Source of the DNA: Takakia lepidozioides
Lineage: Eukaryota; Plantae; Bryophyta
NCBI GenBank assembly: GCA_030704615.1
Contig: CM060732.1
Coordinates: 2,542,001 to 2,606,000, forward strand
Length of the DNA stretch: 64,000 nucleotides
Reading direction: 5' to 3'
A model generated the notes under the pieces. The model was not told where the DNA came from, made no database searches, and worked only from the letters and a program-made list of their open reading frames with translations. The translations under genes were made by a program, and so were the position numbers. How positions within the stretch are numbered: the stretch's first letter is position 1; each line of letters opens with the position of its first letter. Of the stretch, positions 1 through 11,991 are shown one piece after another.

Positions 1-1343
1 AAGTGGGAGAGGTAAATTGGGTTAATCGTGTGTTTGCGTAGTGCCAAAATTGGGTGACCCCCATCCAAGGGGCAAGGAAACTTGCGACTTCTTTGGGAGT
101 TCACGTGCTAGTGCGCACCTGGCGCGTGCGCGTACTATAACTGCGCTACCGAGGGGGTTGCCTTGTAGTGCGGGCTAACGCGGAAGCTACAGCATTCCAA
201 GGCGGACCCGATTGCAGTGATTGGGGCGCACGGTTGGTTCAAGGTTATCTTCCTAGTCAAAGAGGGTTCCAGGTGAACCCTTGCTCAAGGTGATGCCAAA
301 AGCGGCATCATGAGCGATCGCAAGCAATGTTGTTGCAGTAAGGCGATTCGATCCTTGGGGAGGATCGTTCCTTGGCCTTGAAGTAGGCCAAGAAGAGTGC
401 ACTGGGAGGAGCTTGAGAGGCTCCACCCTTGGCTGGGGCTTGGAGGAAGTCGGCCGAACTAGCTAGTGGAGAGTAGAGTCAAGTGTGGGGTTTGGTTCTT
501 TGCCATGGGACGCCATGGTACGGAAACAAACTCCTTGATGTGGGACGCCACAACTTGGATGTTCATTTCTACAAAATGGACAAGTCGATGAGGACATCGA
601 CTCCCTGTTGGTAGGGGTGTGTGTCGCGGCCCTTTGCCTTGAGGGCAGGGGGGTCGGGACACATGAGGGACTACCCCTGTGGTGGGGGCAGTGGCAGCGA
701 TAGGTATGGGGGGCTGAAGCACCCTTGAGTGCCCAAGGCACTCAGGGAAGCGGAGGCGCTTACTAGGTGGAGCCCCGCACACTGGGTGGGGGTGGCTCCA
801 CAAGGGGTGGTGGTAGCTTAGCGGGACTTAGTGGGGGTGGCATAGGACTCACCATGGGGGCGGAGACCTCGTGGTGGGAGTCGTGGGGAGTCTTGGGACT
901 CATCACGGTCCATAGGGGCCGTGGTGAGTGGGCCAAGACTCACCGCGACTCATCACCGGGAGTCGAGGGTTTTCGTGGTAGTTCGCCATAAAATGGCATG
1001 GCTGGTTGTGAAACCCCCGCGGACAGCTATAGAAGTATATATAAGGGGATTAGTGACCCCGAGAACGGTGCAAGCCCGTTGGTGACCAAAAACTAGTGAG
1101 TAAGCGAGCGAGCCGGAAAGCGACCAAAGAGTGGGGAGCTGTTCCGGACTGCCATCTACCAAAGGGAATTCTCCTAGTCCCAAATAGGTGGAGGGTTTAG
1201 TGGGAAGCGAAGGGGGACCGTTATGTCCCTGTGAGCAGCCGAAGCTCCAAGTTGGCCCGGGCGGCCAGGTTGGGAGTCAGGCGCGCGCATCAAAGCGAGT
1301 AACTATGACTTGAAGGGGAGCTTACCGAAGTGAGGTGCGCGAC
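1..1343. mobile_element. Possible LTR-retrotransposon LTR (3' part)
   Basis: Non-coding GC-rich stretch unrelated to the rest of the window. It has a TATA-like TATATAAG at ~1038 and ends ...GCGCGACA at 1343, just upstream of a ParB-family gene. No partner LTR, PBS or TSD is visible. Confidence 0.3.
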
Positions 1344-1616
1344 AGTGTTTCATGTTCATTTCTGCAAGTTACTGGTTGAGTGAACCTTAGATAGTTTGCA
1401 ATGCGTGTGCAAAGCCGGCAGCTCTAGAGAAGGCTGCTTCTGCATGTGATTCTTAGGCATTGCTTGGGTTTGTTTTCATTGTTGTTCCATGCCACTCCAT
1501 ACTTGGTTTTGTCTTGTTTTCATTGTTGTTCCACGATTGTTGCGATGGTGGTTGCGATGCTCGTTGCGATGGTGATTTTCATTGCGATGTTGGTTCTCAC
1601 GATTGTTGGGGATGAC

Positions 1617-4312
1617 AGAGTGATGACGAGCCCGACACGCTGGTGGTATCATCGACAGCTCCAACTGCTCGAGCAATCACTCCAAAAGCCGCTACTCATC
1701 GCATGTTTGGATCGCCCAACTTGGGGCGGGAGGGCAAACTAAATCTTTCTCCTTTTGTTGGTGGACGGGAGGACCTGCAGCGAGAGTACGACAGAATAGG
1801 CATTCGGGAGGTTGGTGCAGGCGGCATGGCAGGTGAAGGGCGTCAGATGAGGACAGCAGATCCGGCAATGGAGGAAGCTGATGCACATACAGTAGGGCCC
1901 GCCCACGCAAAGAAGAAGAAGAAAGCCAAGCACATGCAATCCCCGGCGAGAGAGCTGTCACGGGCTGCGGAGGGGGGAGTGAGCAGGGTCGGCGAGGGTG
2001 TCAGTTCGCCTCAATCAAAGGTGGTCGTCCTAGAGGCCTCCCCTGCTGCTACCCCTAGTAAGAAATGGAAGGCCCGTGAGAGGGCAAAAAAGAGGGCAAA
2101 AGAACAGGCGAGACAGAAGGCTAGCCAGGAGGCAAGAGAAAAGGCCACTGAAGAGGCCAGGAGTGCCGAAATGACAGATGCCCATTTAAGCGAGGGACGC
2201 ACAGAGACGGTGGATCCCTCCAAGACACCACAAACAGGCAGTAACACACCGGTTACACCATCGCGGGTGGGAGCAGCCCCCGCAATTACCCATACGGTGG
2301 AGACTGGAGGAGGGGAAAGAACACCACAAAGAGCATGGATTGTGGAAGTTCGAGGTGAAGCCGGGGAGAGGGCAGTAGAGACGGGGAGAGTGCTTGAGGT
2401 GGTTCCGGCGGTGGTTGACCATGTGAGGACGACGAGAGGGAGCTTTCTGACCAGGATGACATCCTCCCGGACATCCCCAGGCCCCAAACCCGGAGCATAC
2501 AGGCTGGATTTGGCGGTCCTGGTGGGCTGCCGGAGAACCCCCCTGCAACATACGTCATGTCAGAGGCGGATATGAAGTTGGTCGCTGCCAAGATGTTGGA
2601 GGCAACCCACAACAACATTGGCAGGGTCCTGGGGGGCATGGTGTACCCGGCCAAGCTTCGGATTCCCCTTTGCCGCTTGGTTTCATTGCAAGTGGTGAGA
2701 CCTGCCCTCCCAGGCAATATCGACAAGCTGAAATTCTCTTTCCGGGAGGGATATCGAATGGGGTCTGCCGCGTTTTACGTTTCCATGGAGAACAACCACG
2801 GAGCTTTCGTGCCCACACTTCCGATGAGGTGGACAAATGGGGTCCCCATTGGCAAAGGCAAAATGAGGAGTTCGAGAGATTGATTGCTACTGATCCTCTT
2901 TTCCAGCACTTGTCCGGAAAAGATGTTTTACGTGTGGGACGGCAATCATCGCCTCCTGGCATGGATGGAGTACATAGCCCAAGCCCACCCCAACGACCTG
3001 GATTGGCATTTCGCCGTGGAGTGTGTTGTGCTCAAGGTTGCGGGGCCCGAAGATCGCATTCTTCTCAAAGCGGCAATGGCAGACATCAACTCGTAAGTTA
3101 CAATGCCTCTTGCTTTGGAACTTTGAATTTGAAACAGTCATTTCATTGCCAATCGTCATATTTGTTGCAAATTCTCATTTCAGTATTGTTTAATGGAAAT
3201 GTGGCATTGCAGGGTGACTGAGAATGCCTTCATTGCCACCAACTTGTCCCATATGCTCTTCCGAGTGAAGGATGTTGGGAAGCAGGGGGTGCAAGAGTTT
3301 GCCAATTCGCTTAGTGCCGACCTCCTGCGAAAGTCGGAGGCAAAGGCAGACAGAACTTGGTATAGGGTGAGCATGGACGCCATGGTGGACTACATATTTC
3401 GGGTAAAGCTCCTGACTGTTTTGTTCAGCTTATCTATCTCTCCTCCCCCAATAGAAGAAAAAGTGTTGACCAGGGTTTCTAATCTTATCTGCGCATTCTT
3501 GACAGACGAAAATTCAGCAGGATTTGGCACATGCACGGAGGTTCTACATGGAGTCAGAGGAGAAGAAACTAACCCTCCCGACACTAGAATCCGTATCTCA
3601 AAGCTGCGGAGGCGAAGGCCCGCATAAAGTACAAGTCGAGGATGGTAAAGTACATGGCCAAAACTGATCCCGCCTTTGGTGCCGACTTTCTGGTAGAGGT
3701 GGGGAAGCACTACTCCCGCGCTCTGAAGCCCACGACGACATTGGAGAAGCTGCATCGTCTAGCCACATCCTGTGTGGATGCAACAGAAAAGGTTATACAT
3801 TCTTAATCAAATTGTCGTGGCAGCAATTTGTTTTTGTGGTGTTTGGCGCTTGCTAATATGTTGGGTGGTTGGACAGACCCGGTGGCTCCAAATCTGGAAT
3901 GGTTCCCAAAGTACAAGGGACATGTGGAGCTTCCCCAAACCCGACAAACTGTCCGACCCCACATTCGACATGTGGATGAACCCTATGACATGGTGGTTTC
4001 AGGTACTTTCCCACGCTTCATTTGGGGCTTCTACTCTTGTATCGGATGGATTTATTGTATTTTTTGAGGAAAGCGGTGTGATGGAGAATCTCCATAGGTG
4101 ACGACGAATGCGCAAGAGCAGCTTGACACACAAGCACATCAGTTCAAGCTGGAGATATCTGGTGAAGTAGAGAGCCTACGCGACTATGTGACGAGGTACT
4201 TTCTGCTCTACAAAACCGACCTATTCTTTCGAGAGATACCCCATGCCCGCCGGAGCCACGAGTTCACCGACCAGCCGAACGCGGACAAAGTGGCAATGCG
4301 CCTTCTGTACAG
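1617..4312 (+). pseudogene. Subfamily B ParB-like(-MTase) gene, 5' exons, frameshifted and truncated
   Basis: A low-complexity N-terminus is followed by LRIPLCRLVSLQVVRPALPGNIDKLKFSFREGY...KMFYVWDGNHRLLAWMEYI. The exon/intron layout matches 11992-17119 (donors near 3093, 3402, 3792, 4003, 4312). Confidence 0.75.
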
Positions 4313-4405
4313 GTACATACGCGATGCCTTTCTTTTTAGTCCCTACATTTTGAGGATGTAAGAGGCCTTATGTGGCGCATGAAAATTAGTTGAGAAGAAG
4401 TCATT

Positions 4406-4646
4406 GGAAAAATGGCGCCGAATTTCCGGATTCGGGCCATGGGGGATGGCTGTCCAGGGGGTGGCTGGCACTCAGTCTGGAAATTCGGCCCCATTTTTCC
4501 AGTTGCAGGCCCAGTCAGATCTGGGACTTAGCCATTTTCGGCCCCAACTTGGGAAAATGGCGCCGAATTTCCAGTTCAGGGCCTCGAAAATGGCTAAGTC
4601 CCTAGGGTGGCTGGCACTGAAACCAGAAATTCGTCCTCATTTTTCC
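4406..4646. repeat. Four variant palindromes GGAAAAATGGCGCCGAATTTCC, ~73 bp period
   Basis: Copies start at about 4406, 4479, 4551 and 4625, in alternating orientation. Confidence 0.8.
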
Positions 4647-5016
4647 ACTATGCCTCTCAAAAATACCGTCCTCTCCTTGGGGGACTGTCCACCTCACCTC
4701 CTGGGAATCTTCCTCCTCTTCTCCCCCACTTTTCTCAGCAGAATCCAAGACAAATCTACGAGCCTGACGGGCTCTAATAGCTGATGCCTCCTCCCTCATC
4801 TTCATTTTCTTGAGGTTTGCCCCGTCTAAAATCTGTTGTACACGTCTAGGTTCGGAAGACCTCCTAATGGACACCGAAGCAAGCCGGGCAGCATAAGTAG
4901 GAAGGATGTAGTCCCTTTCTGGACTCGGCATGAAATCCCCCCTGGCAAAAAAAAGCACGTTCCTCCTGCCCATAAACTGCGGTGTAGACGTCCCTCCTGC
5001 AGTACTTGGCATCCTA
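4643..5016 (-). pseudogene. Inverted last-exon fragment of the subfamily B ParB-MTase gene
   Basis: Encodes GRRNVLFFARGDFMPSPERDYILPTYAARLA...EVRWTVPQGEDGIFE. Homologous to 16653-17119 and closely similar to 54600-54975. Confidence 0.8.
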
Positions 5017-5120
5017 GAGGTTTACTATTTCATGAGCAGAAACCATGAGCCATGAGCCATGAGCCGCATTAGCCGCATGAGCGGTGAGCCGAAGTCTAAG
5101 ATACGCGGATTTCATGAGCG
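5017..5120 (+). repeat. Terminal inverted repeat with (A)TGAGCC subterminal repeats, transposase-side end
   Basis: gaggtttactatttcatgagcagaaaccatgagccatgagccatgagccgc; near-identical inverted copies end at 26536 and 38380. Confidence 0.85.
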
Positions 5121-5861
5121 GACTCCTCCAAATTTGGAAATGCGGCAGATTAAACAAGTATTAAAATAATAGTTTTTTATTTGACCTTGCCGTTTTTGGA
5201 CGTTCCAGATCATGTAATGCGGCAAAGATATGTCGTCAGTAACAAGTCCGCTCATGGTTTTATAGATCCGCTCATGGAAATAAGTGACCGTGCAACGGGA
5301 AATCCAGTATACCACTGCAAAAGGACGTCGCATACTGGCCTGTATAGAGTATTCCGCGGTTTTACATGCCTTAACATTGGAATGAAGCTGACCCTTTTGC
5401 CGCGATTGAACCAATGGAGTCTGCACCAATACAGTCTGCAGTACTTCACAATTCTGTCTTCTTCGGGTATTCGGCGGGAAAGGTTTGCAACTGAACAGGG
5501 AAATAGGGTGCCGCATTAGGGTTCGCACGTGCGAAATTTCGGAGCGGTTTGGTGTTGGCGAAGGCCGCCTCTGGGGGTACCTACGACGATACTTGGAAAT
5601 TCGGCGCCGCATTTCCTTGTCGGAGGTCGAATGAGGAGAGCAAGTTTTCGGAAAGCAGAAAAACATGAACCCTCCAACATACAAAAATACATGCACGTGG
5701 AAACAAGTGAACGATATAGTAATATCTTAGTTCGATCAAAACAGGTTACTGGTAGGCAAGACATATGTCGGACCTTTGTGTGGCCAGAGTCTGAGGTACT
5801 GGCAGCAGTACAGTTCTACTATCCGATGGGCGTACCATTGTATGTGGACCGCAAGCCAAGC

Positions 5862-8800
5862 TCACTGGTCCCCTGGATCCATATTCAGAAGAGTGTGAAC
5901 CTCCTGGGGGCTCAACCCTGGTGCATGTATGAAGTGATGAGTTGTGGAATTACAACGGAGTCTCTTTAGGTACACGTAGTACAAATGCTTGCAAGGGCAG
6001 TATGATGCCCCCTTGTTCGCCATGATCTGGAAGTCGGTGCAATTGCAGGTGGGTAATTCTGAAATGGTGATGGTGTACACCTCATTGCGAACAGCTGAGC
6101 CCGCCGTGGCCATCTGATACACACGCCCGAATCCTGGTGGGGGCACTTCTGTCGAGCTCTGGATTGTACAGTTCATCCGAAGTGCATTCCCCATCCTTGT
6201 CTCGTTCACTTTTGAGGGAGGTCGCCGCCTCTTCGGTTTCCCCCAACGGTGTGTAGGATGCTTAGAGCTGTCGTGTCCCATTGTTCTTGCTCTCACAGGG
6301 GTCGGTGGTGGAGGCTGTGGAAGCGGAAATGGTTGTCTGGGCACGTCAGTGCGCTGCACCATCCGAAATCCTGCGGCGGTACGGGCGTCGGCCTCAACCT
6401 GACTCAGATCGCTGCCTGGTTCCACCGGCCACACCGGGGGAGCCTCTGGCATTGTCTGTATGCCGTACTTGGGCTTTCCATACACGCAAGTCATAATGTC
6501 GTGCCTGCAGAACCAGAACTGGGTGGTTGTCGCCTCCGCAAACTTTGCATGGACAAATCTTCCTGTAAAAGTAGGAGCAGGGACAGCCCCATCTGGATTC
6601 CTCCTTATCATCTCTAAACAACGTTGCCGTGTATCCACACGAATTGCGGAACACCTTCCTCGAAACGACGGCTTTGTGCGAGCAATTCTCCACTGTGAGG
6701 CAGACACAGTCGTCTCCACAATGGCTTGGCCATACTGCATAACAGCGGGCGGAATGTGGGGCAAGGGAGCGGTGGGAATTTGTTGCACGAAATCCCCGGT
6801 TGAAGGCGACGGCGATCTGGAATTTCTTGGGCTTCCACTGCTGGAAGACACATTGTGCGGCAACATGACGGGACCTCGAGGTGCTGTCCGAATGTTCCTG
6901 TCGGATCTCCAGGAATCCTCTTCGCACCCGGGTTCCTCTTCAATCCTCCGCCTGACAGGGCGAGTCCGGACGTCCCCCTCTAGGTGTTCACCTCTGCGGT
7001 GCAGAGGCGTCCCTTTGATCTTCTCTCGCAATGCTGTCGCCCATTTCACTGGATTCTTGGACCTCGAAGCTGTTCGTACCAACAATTCCTCCCTGTCCGG
7101 CCCAAAGCCCCATTGTTTGCCGCTCAGGAACTTGTAGTACGTGGCTTGCTGCATGATTGCTCTGTCGATGTCCTCCGTTGTGGCCGTCACTACGTCCACC
7201 AGATGTGCGGCAGAAGACGCTCGCCAGGAGGAGTGGACCGATTCTGCCATATTCGTGTTCGGCATGTCCGTGTCGGAATCCAAGCACCGCTCCTAGAAGG
7301 ACACAAACAACGGTGAGGGACCAATCGAAATGTCCGTAACAGAAAGACAAATGAACGAAATTGACAGCAGCCTACCTCCCGCATGTACTGTCCGAACTGT
7401 CGATACCGAAAATGCCACCACCCCAACCAGCTGTGCAATGCTCCCAGATTGGTTGTCTCCACTGCACCTGACGTGTTCCACCAAGCCTCGATGATAGCAA
7501 ACTTAACCTCCGCGTCATCAAATGTGGGTGCATCCTTCCACGCCGTACAAAGGACACGGTGTTCAGCCTGGAATGAGCTAGCAACAAATTTGGTAGTGTA
7601 GTGGGATAGACTCTGCATCCAATGGAATCCACAGGATCTCTCTTTCCCCTCCATTGGAACATTGGGGTCCTCACCGTACACACGCCGCACCGCTGCCCAG
7701 TTGGCCTGAGCGTTGTCTGCCATGAATCCCCTGAAATTGGGCTCTGGCAATCCCGCCCTTGCCATCTGCTCGTTTATGCCCTCCCACAGATGCATCTCGG
7801 ACTGTGTGTCCTCCCCTTTCATCTCGCAGATTGCAATCGTCATGAGCCTCTTGGAGTGATAGTCATAAACATGCGCACCCATAGTCACCCACTGATGGTT
7901 TGTAATTCGCTTGATGTGATCAAACATCACCCAAGCATTCGACAAGTTTCCAGTTGTCATGCGAGTGACCAAGTCGACTCCACTCCCAGGCCCACACGTC
8001 GACATTTTGAAAATGTAACAACGATCGGATTCGCTGCCTTGCCCTGGAAACCTGCTACCTTGGATGTAGTCATATCCAGTCATTCGTTTCACCTCCAGGA
8101 TTGAGTACATGTCCGACCCCCTGCCGAACTCCTGCTTGCAAGATACGATGTGATTCCGCACATTCGGACTACAAACGTGCGAGACGGACTCCAAGAGGTC
8201 ACGCATCTCGTCTTCGGTCAAGGGCTCTCGGTCGGAACCATCTTCAGACATGATTTTGCCAAGAGCAATCTTGTGGGCTGCCTTCAGCTGAATCTGCTTT
8301 GGTCTGGCTCCGGGGCTCAATTTCACCTCCTCTTTTATGATGTCGTGTGCTTCCTGCACAGCCTCACGCATGTTGCCTCTCGCCAAGGGGTGGCAGTGGA
8401 CCCCAACGTGTATGCAAGCTCTAGTCAAGTCCGGGAGCAAATGGATTACGTAATATTGCTTGGCTCTGCACATGGACATGCACGTCGGTGGTTCTTTGCA
8501 ATGTGCACACTTGAAAGAACCCGCAGGAGCTTGGCTGGAGACAATGAATGGATGATGCGTTGTGCCAGTCCAATCCGTCTCGTTTCTCCGCCCTCCTTTG
8601 GAGAGAAAGTGGAAGCAGGTGGGATTGAGGCACCTCAGCTTCCCCGCACAGAGGACATATCGTACACGAACACCATCAGCAATTTTCGTGCTACTGGTCT
8701 TCGTCACACACCAGGGGTGTCCGTCATGCTTTCGATCCATGTCTGTTAACATCCCGGAGGCTTTCTTTGACGAAGAAACAGGTGGAAACTCGAAGATGAC

Positions 8801-9690
8801 ATTGCCATCGACTTCGGGAGGCAGAAAAGTTACCTTTCTGACTGGGAATTTGGCATAGTCGAGAGCAGCCAGCTCGGAGCGAGAACCATCGAGGTGATGT
8901 TGTCGTAGGAGCTGCACAATGGACCGGGTTGGAGTTATGCTCGAGGGCACATGCGTAGCACCTACAGAGACGTCCATGCCGGATTTGAACGACCGTGTGG
9001 AGGACATGGGTACCTCAATGCAATCATCTTCCTCGTCGGAAATGTCGAATACGTCCACACGAGAAGCTATGGAGGGTCTTGACGGTCCAGGTCGGGAATG
9101 ATTATCGTTGCATACCTCTCTGTTGGCAGTGGCCGCCTCTCGGTTTCCGGACTCCTTTGTGGATGGTGTGGGCAGCGACTGATTCGGAAAGGGAATGGGC
9201 ATTCCCACAGCTCGGTACAGGATGGTGTCTGACGGGGAACGTGCCATTCGATTCCGCAACCTCCGTCGTTACCTAGCACGACAATGGTCTCGTCAACCTG
9301 TCCAGGAACATCCTTCCTTTCTTCTTCCAAATAAACTGTGCCCGGTTTGAGCTTGAATTTGGAACAAAGGTAAGTTTCAGTCACTCTGCAAAGTCCTCCC
9401 TCGTTTGGGATCCAGGCTCTCCCAAGTTGCGGAGGACAGCAAACTATAGCGTAGGAATTCGGAGCCATCGAACACCGCACGGAGTTGGCAAGTGCGAGGT
9501 TCAGTATAGCGACAGACCAAGGCTCACAGGCACCATCTAAGTGGATCTGCGGAGTCCATCGACGATTGGAAGTCGCACATTGAAGTGGAAAGTATTGTTT
9601 CAAGCTACATGCATAAAGGTGGGAGGTTTGATTCCATAGCCAGTGAGTAGGACAATGATGGCCGATTCGGCGACGAAATAACATCTCCTG
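5862..9690 (-). pseudogene. GCM-like Zn domain / MULE DDE transposase / SWIM finger; one intron (7293-7375) and a frameshift near 9235
   Basis: GCM/WRKY-like HDGHPW..C.G.L.C.NP.C..C..C..C...H.G.H.HP. MULE motifs VMFDH, FMADNAQAN..AVRRV, CGFH (CxxH) and TNMAESVH. SWIM motif YTITISELPTCNCTDF...CKHLYYV. Splicing the phase-0 GT-AG intron joins ORFs 7190-9259 and 5862-7283. The start codon is uncertain. Confidence 0.85.
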
Positions 9691-9894
9691 ACAGTTTCTC
9701 CTGAGGGTGGATCCAGTAGTATTCTCGGTGCAGACAGGAACGTTCGCACTGACAAGTGCCAGGACTGCTGGTTAAAACGGTCAGACAACCAAGTTGTGCT
9801 CATCAAGACTGGCCGCAATTGTGTTGTTTCGGAACAATGCAACCCATTGAGGTTCCAGATTTCCCGTCACGAGTGATTCTGTCGATTGCTGGTG

Positions 9895-11600
9895 GACGGA
9901 AATACGGCGCCGCATTTCCGTATTGCATCTTGGTCATGCAACAGAGCGACGGAAATGCGGCACCGAGTTTCCGTCCGGGGGAAACCTTTATACTCTCCAG
10001 AACGGAAATGCGGTAACGCATTTCCATCCAGCAAGCACGGTATGTGAAGGTGGAACGGAAATGCTGTACCGCATTTCCGTTCTGATTGAGATTTATGAAC
10101 AACGGGAACAGAAATGCGGCACCGCATTTCCGTCCGAGTCGCACTTTTCGACATTCCAGAACGGGAATGCGGCGCCGCATTTCCATTTTGTATCTGATGC
10201 ATGGAGCTGAGGGATAGAAATGCTGCAGCACATTTCCGTCATTCAACAAGCACGGTATGTGAAGGTGGAACGGAAATGCGGTACCGCATTTCCGTTCTGA
10301 TTGAGAATTATGAACAACGGGAACAGAAATGCGGCACCGCATTTCCGTCAAGTCGCACTTTTCGACATTCCATAAAGGAAATGCGGCGCCGCATTTCCAT
10401 TTTGTATCTGATGCCTGGAGCCGAGTAAGATTCCGACAGCTTCATACAGCGCAATTCCGACCGGTTGAGACATTCACACTATCCAGAACGGAAATGCGGC
10501 ACCGCATTTCCGTTCTGACTGAAAATCGTGAACTATCTGAACTGAAATGCGGCACCGTATTTCCATCCGAGTCGCACCTACCATCATTCCAGAACGGAAA
10601 TGCGGCACCGCATTTCCGTTCTGACTGAAAATCGTGAACCATCGGAACTGAAATGCGGCAACGTATTTCCATCCGAGTCGCATCCACCATCATTCCAGAA
10701 CGGAAATGCGGCACCGCATTTCCGTTCTGACTGAAAATCGTGAACCATCGGAACTGAAATGCGGCAGCGCATTTCCATCCGAGTCGCACCTCCCAACATT
10801 CCAGAACGGAATGTATTAGATTTAAAAGGGAAATGCGGCACCGCATTTCCGTTCTGATGAAATATCCTGAAACATCGGAATTGAAATGCGGTACCGCATT
10901 TCCGTGGAGTCGGAGTCCCACCATCCGACATTCCAAAACGGAAATGCGGCACCGCATTTCCGTTTTGTATGTGAGGCATGGAGCTGTGGAACGAAAATGC
11001 GGGAAGGCATTTCCGCCAGCGTCAGTCGTTAATACTCTACAGAACGGAAATGCGGTACCGCATTTCCATTCTGACTGAAAATCGTGCGCAACGGGTACAG
11101 AAATGCGGCACCGCATTTCCGTTCGAGTCGCACCTTCCGACATTCTCGAACGGAAATGCGGCGCCGCATTTCCGTTTTGTATATTCGGCCTGGAGCTGTG
11201 CTATGGAAATGTGTTGCCGCATTTCCATCCATGTGAGACCTTCAACCTTTCCAGACCGGAAATGCGACACCGCATTTCTGTCCAGGTGAGACCTCTATAC
11301 TTTTCCCGAACGGAAATGTGGCACGGCATTTCCATTCATCAACTAACGTATGTGAAGTGGGAACGGAAATGCGGCGCCGCATTTCCCTTCTGAATCTCAT
11401 ACATGGAGCTGTGGGACGGAAATGCGGCACCGTATTTCCGTTCAACAACTAAGGTATGTGAAGGTGGAACGGAAATGCGGTGCCGCATTTTCTTCCAACA
11501 AGTACGGATGTGTAGCTTCGTGATGGTACTTAACGGAAATGCGGCGCCGCATTCGCATTCTCGCTCCAACTCATCAGACGCTGGGACGGAAATGCCTTGA
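9895..11600. repeat. Array of ~30 palindromes GGAAATGCGG(C/T)(G/A)CCGCATTTCC, ~53 bp period
   Basis: Copies at about 9899, 9951, 10005, 10057, 10111, 10164, 10217 and onward. The array lies between the divergent 5' ends of the transposase and ParB-MTase genes, and spacers recur as higher-order units. Confidence 0.95.
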
Positions 11601-11991
11601 AATGTGAACACGTGGAGCAACGGAATTGCTGCACATGTCGGCACTCTATCTGACTGAAGGGGCATGAGGCGGCGCGGCCTGACCGTTGGATAATGATGTT
11701 TGATTTTCGGACGGCGGGCGTACCCTCAACGATTCGAATTTCGTAATGACGCAAACTCCACGAGGAGACACTTTCGTCCAACCTTTCGAACCCAAGTGGT
11801 GCATCACCGCCGTTTCATCTACTTTTGTCGTGTCTCCTCAGTCACCCCTCTCGCGCCCTTTCCATCTGCACTCTTTGCCCCTTTTCCCTCTCTCTGTTCT
11901 TCTTATGCTCGAACCTGAGAGGGGGGGAGTTCGTGCACCAGACAGGAGACCTCGTCGCAAGCTCCGGAAATTATACTTCGGACGTAGGCCA

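Noticed and set aside
9895-11600. CRISPR array (palindromic repeat with ~31-bp spacers)
   Set aside because: Spacers recur as higher-order duplicates, the repeats are degenerate and also dispersed in introns, there are no cas genes or leader, and the context is eukaryotic. The same applies to 21137-24625 and 42370-45560.
9756-11665. Many short ORFs with MRRRIS / KCGAAF / GNAAPHF motifs (also 17.3-18.2, 21-24.8, 27.3-28.3, 32.7-34 and 63-64 kb)
   Set aside because: These are translations of the stop-free palindrome in all six frames, not proteins.
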